Below, piece by piece: positions 25,707 to 33,161 of a stretch of 41,142 nt of DNA. Made by a program: the position numbers and the translations under genes. The notes under the pieces are model-generated. The model had not been told where the DNA came from. It did no database searches and was given only the letters and a program-made list of their open reading frames with translations. This DNA comes from an uncultured Oscillospiraceae bacterium (GTDB lineage: Bacteria > Bacillota > Clostridia > UMGS1883): positions 1 to 41,142 of the forward strand of contig CAZKBV010000005.1 in NCBI GenBank assembly GCA_964551215.1. The letters are read 5' to 3'. Each line of letters begins with the position of its first letter. The first letter of the stretch is position 1.

Positions 25707-26258
25707 ATGCAGGAAATAAGCCTAAATATATTGGACATAGTTCAAAATTCGGTTCGTGCCGGGGCGAAAAACATTGACGTGACGGTTTATGAAAGTCCGG
25801 CGGAGGATGTTTTGTGGTTTTCGGTTAAAGACGACGGCTGCGGAATGGACAAGGATATGGTTGAAAGGGTTATGGATCCCTTCGTCACCACCCGCACCAC
25901 CAGAAAGGTGGGAATGGGGATATCGCTTTTAAGAAGCGCGGCTCAGGCCGCCGGCGGAGACGTGGAGCTTGCAAGCGAGGTCGGGAAGGGTACGTTTATA
26001 AAGGCCGTTTTTTCCTACGGACACATTGACCGCCAGCCCTTGGGGGATATGGCGGACACTATGACCGCCCTGATAACCATGAACGAAACCATAGATTTTA
26101 CTTATACCCACAGCTTTGAGGCGAAAAGCTTTGAGCTGAATACACGGGAGGTAAAGGCAATTCTCGGCGAGGCGCCGCTGAGCGATCCCATAATCGCGGC
26201 ATGGCTGAGAGAATATATCGGTGAAGGAATTTCAAATATTTACGGAGGTGCTGAATAA
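25707..26258 (+). CDS. Stand-alone histidine-kinase-like ATPase (HATPase_c)
   Basis: DIVQNS, DDGCGM, DPFVTTRTTRKVGMGI, GKGT, HIDRQPLGD. Start moved to ATG 25707. Confidence 0.85.
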   Translation: MQEISLNILDIVQNSVRAGAKNIDVTVYESPAEDVLWFSVKDDGCGMDKDMVERVMDPFVTTRTTRKVGMGISLLRSAAQAAGGDVELASEVGKGTFIKAVFSYGHIDRQPLGDMADTMTALITMNETIDFTYTHSFEAKSFELNTREVKAILGEAPLSDPIIAAWLREYIGEGISNIYGGAE

Positions 26259-26630
26259 ATGAAAAGTTTAGCGGAGCTTCAGGCATTGAAGCAGAAGGCT
26301 ATCGAAAACGTTAATCTCAGAAAGGAAAGAGAAGACGGCGTAAGAATCGTTGTGGGAATGGCAACCTGCGGCATAGCTGCCGGCGCCCGTCCCGTTATGA
26401 CGGCTTTCCTTGAAGAAATCGCGAAGAGAAATCTCAACAATGTTGTTGTTGAACAGACGGGCTGTATAGGTCTTTGCCGCCTTGAACCCATTGTGGAGGT
26501 TTTTACTCCCGGGCAGGATAAGGTAACATATATAAAGATGACCCCCGAAAAGGTTGCAAGAGTTGTTTCCGAGCATGTGGTGAACGGACAGCCTGTGTCC
26601 GAATACACCATCGGTTCGGCAGGAATGTAA
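26259..26630 (+). CDS. Thioredoxin-like [2Fe-2S] ferredoxin subunit (HydD-like)
   Basis: VGMATCGIAAGA, TGCIGLCRLEP, HVVNGQPV. Confidence 0.85.
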   Translation: MKSLAELQALKQKAIENVNLRKEREDGVRIVVGMATCGIAAGARPVMTAFLEEIAKRNLNNVVVEQTGCIGLCRLEPIVEVFTPGQDKVTYIKMTPEKVARVVSEHVVNGQPVSEYTIGSAGM

Positions 26631-26644
26631 GGGAGGGCTGTTAA

Positions 26645-28438
26645 ATGGAGCTGGTTAGATCTCATGTGCTTATATGCGGAGGTACGGGCTGTACATCGTC
26701 CGGCAGCGAAGCTCTCAGAAATGAGTTTGAAGCTAAGCTGGAGGAAAACGGGCTTTCCAAAGAGGTCAAGATAATAAAGACGGGCTGCTTCGGTCTGTGC
26801 GCTTTGGGCCCGATTGTGGTTGTTTACCCCGAGGGCGCTTTTTACAGCCGCGTCCAAAAGGAAGACGTTGAAGAAATTGTTAAGGAGCATCTGCTTAAGG
26901 GCAGAATCGTAAAAAGGCTCGTCTATGATGAAACTGTTCAGGACGACGGCATAAAGTCTCTTAACGATGTTAATTTCTATAAGAAGCAGCAGAGAGTCGC
27001 TTTGCGCAACTGCGGCGTTATAAATCCCGAAAATATTGAGGAATACATAGCTGTGGACGGCTATCAGGCTTTGGGCAAGGTGCTTACCGAAATGACTCCC
27101 GCCGAGGTTATCGACACAGTTAAGAAGTCCGGTCTTAGAGGCCGCGGCGGCGCCGGATTCCCCACGGGCGTCAAATGGGATTTCGCGGCCAAGAGCGTAA
27201 ACGAGCAAAAGTATGTCTGCTGTAACGCCGACGAGGGCGACCCCGGCGCTTTCATGGACAGAAGCGTCCTTGAAGGCGACCCTCACAGCGTCCTTGAGGC
27301 TATGGCCATTGCCGGCTACGCAATCGGCGCAAATCAGGGCTACATCTACATCCGCGCGGAGTATCCCATTGCCGTTAAGCGCCTTCAGATAGCTATTGAT
27401 CAGGCCAAGGAGTACGGTCTTTTGGGTAAGGATATATTCGGCACGGGCTTTGATTTCGATGTTGAGATACGTCTGGGCGCCGGCGCGTTCGTATGCGGCG
27501 AGGAAACCGCGCTTATGACAAGTATTGAGAGCCATCGCGGCGAGCCTCGTCCCCGTCCTCCGTTTCCGGCGGTTAAGGGACTTTGGGAAAAGCCCACTAT
27601 CCTTAACAACGTTGAAACCTATGCGAATATTCCCGTTATTTTCAACAAGGGCGCCGATTGGTTCGCTTCCATCGGAACGGAAAAGAGCAAGGGTACAAAG
27701 GTGTTCGCTCTGGGCGGAAAAATTAACAATACCGGCCTTGTGGAAATTCCTATGGGTACAACGCTGCGTGAAATCGTTGAGGAAATCGGCGGCGGCGTTC
27801 CCAACGGCAAGAAGTTTAAGGCGGCTCAGACAGGCGGCCCCAGCGGCGGATGTATTCCCGCTCAGCTTATAGATACGCCCATCGACTACGACTCCCTTAT
27901 TTCCATCGGTTCAATGATGGGCAGCGGCGGACTTATCGTAATGGACGAGGACAACTGCATGGTTGACATTGCCAAGTTCTTCCTTGAATTCACCGTTGAC
28001 GAGTCCTGCGGCAAATGCACCCCATGCCGTATAGGTACAAAGCGGCTTCTCGAAATTCTCACAAAGATTACAAAGGGCAACGGTACTCTTGAGGATATTG
28101 ACCGTATGGAATCCCTTTGCTACTATATCAAGAACGCGTCTCTCTGCGGTCTTGGGCAGACGGCTCCCAACCCTGTGCTTTCCACGCTGCGTTATTTCCG
28201 TGACGAGTATGTCGCTCACGTTGTGGACAAGAGGTGTCCGGCCGGGGTATGTAAGGCTCTTATGAGATACGCCATCGACCCCGATAAGTGTCGAGGCTGT
28301 ACGGCGTGCGCAAGAAAGTGTCCGGCCGAAGCTATCCACGGCGAGGTTAAAAAGGCTCACGTTATCGACACGGAAAAATGTATCAAGTGCGGCGCATGTA
28401 TGGAAACCTGTAAGTTCGGCGCAATTGTTAAAAAATAA
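26645..28438 (+). CDS. hydB: NuoF-like flavin/NADH-binding subunit of [FeFe]-hydrogenase (HydB)
   Basis: GLRGRGGAGFPTG, NADEGDPG, GAGAFVCGEETAL, ESCGKCTPCR, C-terminal 2x[4Fe-4S]. Confidence 0.93.
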   Translation: MELVRSHVLICGGTGCTSSGSEALRNEFEAKLEENGLSKEVKIIKTGCFGLCALGPIVVVYPEGAFYSRVQKEDVEEIVKEHLLKGRIVKRLVYDETVQDDGIKSLNDVNFYKKQQRVALRNCGVINPENIEEYIAVDGYQALGKVLTEMTPAEVIDTVKKSGLRGRGGAGFPTGVKWDFAAKSVNEQKYVCCNADEGDPGAFMDRSVLEGDPHSVLEAMAIAGYAIGANQGYIYIRAEYPIAVKRLQIAIDQAKEYGLLGKDIFGTGFDFDVEIRLGAGAFVCGEETALMTSIESHRGEPRPRPPFPAVKGLWEKPTILNNVETYANIPVIFNKGADWFASIGTEKSKGTKVFALGGKINNTGLVEIPMGTTLREIVEEIGGGVPNGKKFKAAQTGGPSGGCIPAQLIDTPIDYDSLISIGSMMGSGGLIVMDEDNCMVDIAKFFLEFTVDESCGKCTPCRIGTKRLLEILTKITKGNGTLEDIDRMESLCYYIKNASLCGLGQTAPNPVLSTLRYFRDEYVAHVVDKRCPAGVCKALMRYAIDPDKCRGCTACARKCPAEAIHGEVKKAHVIDTEKCIKCGACMETCKFGAIVKK

Positions 28439-28455
28439 GAAAGGAGCTGCTTGAA

Positions 28456-30198
28456 ATGGATATGGTTAATCTTAAAATCAACGGTCAGGATGTGACCGTT
28501 CCCGCCGGAACAACCGTTCTTGAGGCCGCGAGAACAGCCGGTATAGAAATTCCCACGCTCTGTTACCTTAAGGATGTGAGCAAGACAGGCTCGTGCAGAA
28601 TGTGCCTTGTTGAAATCAAGGGCGGCCGCGCTCTCCAGGCAGCCTGTGTGTATCCCGTTGCCGAGGGCATAGAGGTAAACACAAACACGCCTATGGTTCG
28701 CGAAACAAGAAAGGCGGTTCTTGAGCTGATGCTCAGCAATCACGACCGCAAGTGCCTTACCTGTCCCCGCAACCGCAACTGTGAGCTTCAGGCTCTTTCC
28801 GAAGAACTGGGCGTTACGGATATTCCCTACGAGGGCGTCCGCAGCGAATATTCCATAGATGATATTTCTCCCTCTATTGTCCGCGACAACAATAAGTGCG
28901 TGCTTTGCCGCCGATGCGTAAATGTTTGCAAAAATGTTCAGACCGTTGGCGTTATTGACACTATGGACAGAGGCTTTAACACCAAGGTGGCCTGCGCGTT
29001 TGAGGTAAGCCTCGGAGAGGTGGACTGCGTAAACTGCGGCCAGTGTATAGCCGTTTGTCCCGTAGGCGCTCTTCGGGAAAAGGATTCAACAAAGGCTGTA
29101 TGGGACGCTATCGCTTCCGATAAGCACGTTGTTGTTCAAACCGCTCCCGCGGTACGCGCGGCGCTCGGCGAGGAATTCGGCATTGTAGGCGAGTGCACCA
29201 CCGGCAAGATGGCGGCCGCTTTGCGCCGTATGGGCTTTGATAAGGTGTTCGACACAGACTTCGGCGCTGACCTTACAATCATGGAGGAAGGCACAGAGCT
29301 TCTTCACAGAATACAAAACGGCGGAGTTCTTCCCATGATAACCTCGTGCAGCCCCGGCTGGGTAAAATTCTGCGAGCATAACTATCCCGAATTTCTTCCC
29401 AACCTCAGCTCCTGCAAATCTCCCCACGAAATGTTCGGCGCGGTTATAAAGAGCTATTACGCCAAGAAGGAAGGCATTAATCCCAAGGATATTTTCGTAG
29501 TTTCCGTTATGCCTTGCACTGCTAAGAAGTTCGAGGCCGGCAGAGAGGAGCTTGCGGCTTCCGGATATCAGGATGTTGACGCTGTTATTACCACCCGCGA
29601 GCTTGCCAAGATGATAAAGCAGAGCGGTATTCAGTATGACAAGCTTCCCGACGAGGTGTTCGACTCTCCCTTCGGTGACGAGGCTTCCGGCGCGGGAGTA
29701 ATTTTCGGCGTAACCGGCGGTGTTATGGAAGCGGCATTGCGTACCGTCGCGGAAAAAATCAGCGGCAAGCCCTTGGAAAAGGTTGAGTTTGAGGCTGTCC
29801 GCGGGCTTGACGGGGTTAAGTTTGCCTCTGTTCCGGCCGGCGACAAGGTTATCCGCGCGGCCATAGCTCACGGTCTGGGCAACGCAAGGAAGCTTCTTGA
29901 CAGCATCAAGGCCGGAGAAACAGAGGTTGACTTTATTGAGATAATGGCCTGCCCCGGCGGCTGCGTAACCGGCGGCGGACAGCCCATTGTTTCCTCCAGA
30001 GTCAAGATGGACGTAAATGTTTCCGAAATGAGAGCAAAGGCTATTTACAAGGAGGACGAAAGTCTCCTCGTCCGTAAGAGCCATGAAAATCCCTATATTC
30101 AGACTCTTTACAGCGAATATCTGGGCGAGCCGGGCGGTCATAAGGCTCACGAGCTTCTCCATACTCATTATATTGCGCGTCCCAAGTACGAGTGTTAA
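28456..30198 (+). CDS. hydA: Group A [FeFe]-hydrogenase catalytic subunit (HydA, probably electron-bifurcating)
   Basis: N-terminal [2Fe-2S], HxxxCxxC cluster, 2x[4Fe-4S]. L1 TSCSPGW, L2 MPCTAKKFE, L3 EIMACPGGCVTGGG. AHELLHTHY tail. Confidence 0.93.
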   Translation: MDMVNLKINGQDVTVPAGTTVLEAARTAGIEIPTLCYLKDVSKTGSCRMCLVEIKGGRALQAACVYPVAEGIEVNTNTPMVRETRKAVLELMLSNHDRKCLTCPRNRNCELQALSEELGVTDIPYEGVRSEYSIDDISPSIVRDNNKCVLCRRCVNVCKNVQTVGVIDTMDRGFNTKVACAFEVSLGEVDCVNCGQCIAVCPVGALREKDSTKAVWDAIASDKHVVVQTAPAVRAALGEEFGIVGECTTGKMAAALRRMGFDKVFDTDFGADLTIMEEGTELLHRIQNGGVLPMITSCSPGWVKFCEHNYPEFLPNLSSCKSPHEMFGAVIKSYYAKKEGINPKDIFVVSVMPCTAKKFEAGREELAASGYQDVDAVITTRELAKMIKQSGIQYDKLPDEVFDSPFGDEASGAGVIFGVTGGVMEAALRTVAEKISGKPLEKVEFEAVRGLDGVKFASVPAGDKVIRAAIAHGLGNARKLLDSIKAGETEVDFIEIMACPGGCVTGGGQPIVSSRVKMDVNVSEMRAKAIYKEDESLLVRKSHENPYIQTLYSEYLGEPGGHKAHELLHTHYIARPKYEC

Positions 30199-30328
30199 GC
30201 TAAATTGAGGGGCTGTAAAATTGCCAACCTATAAATTTACGATTAAATTTACCGATTTTAGTTCGGCGGCAAATTAAAAAGGCTTTATTTCAATTAGCGG
30301 CGGCGCAAATCATAAAAAAATTTATTTG

Positions 30329-30382
30329 AAAAGCAGGTTTCACCTTAGGCTGAAATTTCACCTTAGGCTGAAACCTGCTTTT
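30329..30382. terminator. Bidirectional terminator between hydA and nrdG
   Basis: AAAAGCAGG...CCTGCTTTT flanking two tandem copies of TTTCACCTTAGGCTGAAA. Confidence 0.75.
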
Positions 30383-30411
30383 AATGCTTTTAAAATAATT
30401 TTTTTGCGTAT

Positions 30412-30903
30412 TTATTTACAGTGCGGCACGACTTTTCCGCAAGACAATGACTTTTGAACATCAATAACTCTTTGGTTGCGGCTCCCGCGCCAGAAAAGTC
30501 GGGTGTCTCTCAGTGCCTGTACGTATTTTCCGTCCACAAACACGTCGGTATATTTCATAATTTCAAGCGTCTTAACCTCCTCCCAAAGGTAACCGCTGTA
30601 AAGCCATACGGTTTTGTCGGGGAGAATACGGCGCAGCTTTTTCGCGAGGCGTGTTATCTCGCTTCTGTTTAAAGGGTGCAAAGGGTCGCCGCCGCTGAAG
30701 GTCACGCCGGAAATATACGGCCTTCGCAAAAGACCGAAAAGCTCCGTTTCGGCGGCTTCGTCAAAGGGAAGCCCGCCCCGCGTGTCCCATGTTACGGGAT
30801 TTTGACAGCCCTCGCATCGGTGGGCGCAGCCCGCCGTCCACAAAACGACTCTCAGCCCGTCGCCGTTAAGCATATCGTCCTTTGTAATGTTGTGGTAGCG
30901 CAT
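30412..30903 (-). CDS. nrdG: Anaerobic ribonucleotide reductase activating enzyme
   Basis: NGDGLR, radical SAM CAHRCEGC, TFSGGDPL, VDGKY, WRGSRNQRVI. Confidence 0.95.
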   Translation of the reverse strand: MRYHNITKDDMLNGDGLRVVLWTAGCAHRCEGCQNPVTWDTRGGLPFDEAAETELFGLLRRPYISGVTFSGGDPLHPLNRSEITRLAKKLRRILPDKTVWLYSGYLWEEVKTLEIMKYTDVFVDGKYVQALRDTRLFWRGSRNQRVIDVQKSLSCGKVVPHCK

Positions 30904-30905
30904 TT

Positions 30906-32783
30906 TTACATACTTCTCCTGTCACGGATTTCCGCCATTTTCGCATCGTTGAGACGGGTGTCTCCCTTGACTCTTGAATAGGAAAGGTAGCCGTTCATGC
31001 GATCGATTTTCGTAAGGCTCCGGCTTCCGCATTTGGGGCAAACGTCCATTGAAAGCTCCTCATGCCCGCAGTTGTCGCAGTAGGAGAGAGAAAGGTTCAC
31101 GCCCTCGTAAAAGCCCATGTCCATCGCGCGGCGGATAAGAGTTTTAACCGCTTCGGTATTGTAGCTTATAGGGTATTTTACGTACTGGATTTTGCCGCCG
31201 TTGAACAGATCCCAAAACCGCCTCTCTCTGTCCTGCTTTTCGATGGGGGTTATGTCCTCGCTGACATGGCAGTGGAAGGAGTTGGAAACATACTCCCTGT
31301 CGGATACGTTTTTCACTATTCCGTATTTTTCCCTGAATTGCTTCACCTGAAGGCCGCAGAGATTTTCGGCGGGAGTGGCGTACACAGCGTAAAGATTCCC
31401 GTCCTCCTCTTTAAAGGCGGCAATTTTTTTGTTGATGTACTCCATAGCTTCAAGGGCGAAGGCTCCGTCCTCGGCAATGCTTTTTTGGTTGTGGAGCCTT
31501 TGAAGCTCGTTAAGAGCCGTAATTCCGAAGGAAGCCGTGGCGGATTTGAGCAGGGGCTTTATTTTGTCGTGAAAGCCCAAATGCCCTCCCAGAAAACCGC
31601 CCTCGCAGAAGGCAAGGGGATTGGTGGAGGCCTTCATTTCTCCCAAGTATTCGTACGTCCGCTGGTGTATCCGGCGTATCATTTCAAGGTAGAAATCCAA
31701 AACCTCGTAAAAGCCGCGGCTCTCCGCCTTTGCTTTGGCGTATATCATCGGCAGGTTAAGGCTTGCCGCGCCTATGTTGAAGCGGCCGGTAAATACGGGC
31801 TTATCGTTTTCGTCGGCGGGAGTCATGCCGCCCCTTTCAAACCATGGGGAAAGAAAAGCGCGGCAGCCCATGGGCGAAACCACACGGCCGTATTTTTTGT
31901 ACATTTCCGGCACGTAACCCTCACCGGTAAGGCTGAGCCAGTCGGGGTACATGGTTTTTTTGCTACATTCGACACCGGCGTTGAAAATGTCCTCCAGCTC
32001 GCAGCCCGCGCCGTGAAGGTTTTTGTCGTAAAGAAAAACTATCTTCGGAAACAGTACGGGCTTTTTGCGGCCCGGGGCTCCCTGACCTTCCATATGCACC
32101 CGAAGCATTACCTTACTCGCGAGGCGGGCAAAACGGCTTCTTCCAAGACCGATGGTTACGGTTATAAAGGGGTAATCCCCCCGAGAGGAAGCCACAGTGT
32201 TGAACTTATATTCCCAGCCCTGAAAGCCCTGCTCAAATTCCCGCTCAACGTCCCTTTCGGCTTCGGATTTCGCTTTTTCCTCGGAAATTCCCAGAGAGAC
32301 ATATTTTTTCAGCCGCTTTTCGTATGTCATTTCGGCATATCCGGCAAGGAGCTTGTCCGCCTCCGGAACGGTAAAGCCGCCGTACTGCTGGCTTGCGGCG
32401 GAAAGAATTATGTCGCCCATTACGTCAAAGGCCGTGTCTAAGGATTTCGGCTCGTTGTAGCGGACATTTCCCATTTCGAAGCCCCCTTTAAGGACTTCCC
32501 CTATGTCGAAAAGACAGCAGTTCACACTATCCCTTCGGGCGGACATATCGTGAACATAAATGTATCCGTCGTTTACGGCTTCACGTTCGCTGTCGGTGAG
32601 AAAGTGTCTTTTGTAAAGCTCCCTGTTCACCTGATTATAAACGAGAGAGCGGCGGGTGGATATAAGGGCGGAGTCGTAGTTGGAATTTTCCTTGTCGCCG
32701 GAATACATAACCGAAAGGCTTTTTCTGTAGGCGACATTAAGTATCTCCTCAAGCTCACGGCTGAAATTTTCGTCTGTTTTCAT
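30906..32783 (-). CDS. nrdD: Anaerobic (class III) ribonucleoside-triphosphate reductase, no ATP cone
   Basis: YVHD, NCCL, SPMGCR, TPAENLC, CDNC..CPKC, glycyl-radical RMNGYL. Start ATG 32783 with GGAGG RBS. Confidence 0.93.
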   Translation of the reverse strand: MKTDENFSRELEEILNVAYRKSLSVMYSGDKENSNYDSALISTRRSLVYNQVNRELYKRHFLTDSEREAVNDGYIYVHDMSARRDSVNCCLFDIGEVLKGGFEMGNVRYNEPKSLDTAFDVMGDIILSAASQQYGGFTVPEADKLLAGYAEMTYEKRLKKYVSLGISEEKAKSEAERDVEREFEQGFQGWEYKFNTVASSRGDYPFITVTIGLGRSRFARLASKVMLRVHMEGQGAPGRKKPVLFPKIVFLYDKNLHGAGCELEDIFNAGVECSKKTMYPDWLSLTGEGYVPEMYKKYGRVVSPMGCRAFLSPWFERGGMTPADENDKPVFTGRFNIGAASLNLPMIYAKAKAESRGFYEVLDFYLEMIRRIHQRTYEYLGEMKASTNPLAFCEGGFLGGHLGFHDKIKPLLKSATASFGITALNELQRLHNQKSIAEDGAFALEAMEYINKKIAAFKEEDGNLYAVYATPAENLCGLQVKQFREKYGIVKNVSDREYVSNSFHCHVSEDITPIEKQDRERRFWDLFNGGKIQYVKYPISYNTEAVKTLIRRAMDMGFYEGVNLSLSYCDNCGHEELSMDVCPKCGSRSLTKIDRMNGYLSYSRVKGDTRLNDAKMAEIRDRRSM

Positions 32784-32823
32784 TTTGATTCCTCCGTTTC
32801 CGATAAGTAAGAGCTTTAATTTA

Positions 32824-32852
32824 ATATTACCACAGGGGCGGAGAAAAAGCAA
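32824..32852 (-). promoter_or_regulatory. sigmaA promoter of nrdDG
   Basis: TTGCTT (32852-32847), 17 bp, TGgTAATAT (32832-32824). Confidence 0.65.
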
Positions 32853-32961
32853 TACCGAAATTATTTTTCCTTCCAACGGAAGGATTTCCCCGTACAAAAA
32901 TGCAAAAAATTTGTACAAAACATCATTTACATTGCTTTTTTCGCTGTTGTATAATAGAATC

Positions 32962-33061
32962 AGCAAGCGGCATAGATTGTGCTAACAATAAAAGTAATCG
33001 GGTAAAATTCCCGTTTACAATAAAGGCTTCGGCGTACCCTCAGCGCCGGAGCCGATTTTTT
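32962..33061 (+). ncRNA. Candidate ~100-nt small RNA
   Basis: TTTACA 32926-32931, 18 bp, TATAAT 32950-32955. Three hairpins, the last a 10-bp stem followed by GATTTTTT. No ATG or RBS in the unit. Confidence 0.5.
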
Positions 33062-33161
33062 ATACATCAAGCCAAAAAGCGGTACAGTCCATCTGCCGAG
33101 GGAAATTCCAAGGCTTAATATATTGCAAAACGGACTGCACCGGCTTAATTTTTTCGTTATT

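Noticed and set aside
26279-27535. 418-aa antisense ORF over hydD/hydB (also 29086-30168, 31062-32441, 16017-17036, 33729-34592)
   Set aside because: Shadow ORFs fully opposite well-supported genes, explained by codon bias. No RBS or recognisable motifs.
25217-28438. nuoE/nuoF as respiratory complex I
   Set aside because: No membrane nuo subunits, and they directly precede an H-cluster hydrogenase.
32784-32966. 61-aa N-terminal extension of NrdD in the ORF track (similarly clpX 21-98, 13117-13164, 25650-25706)
   Set aside because: A better internal start exists in each case, and the nrdD promoter lies inside the extension.
33015-33061. tracrRNA-like ACAAUAAAGGCUUCGGC segment in the candidate sRNA
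   Set aside because: No cas genes, CRISPR repeats or anti-repeat partner in the window, and the resemblance is only a few bases.
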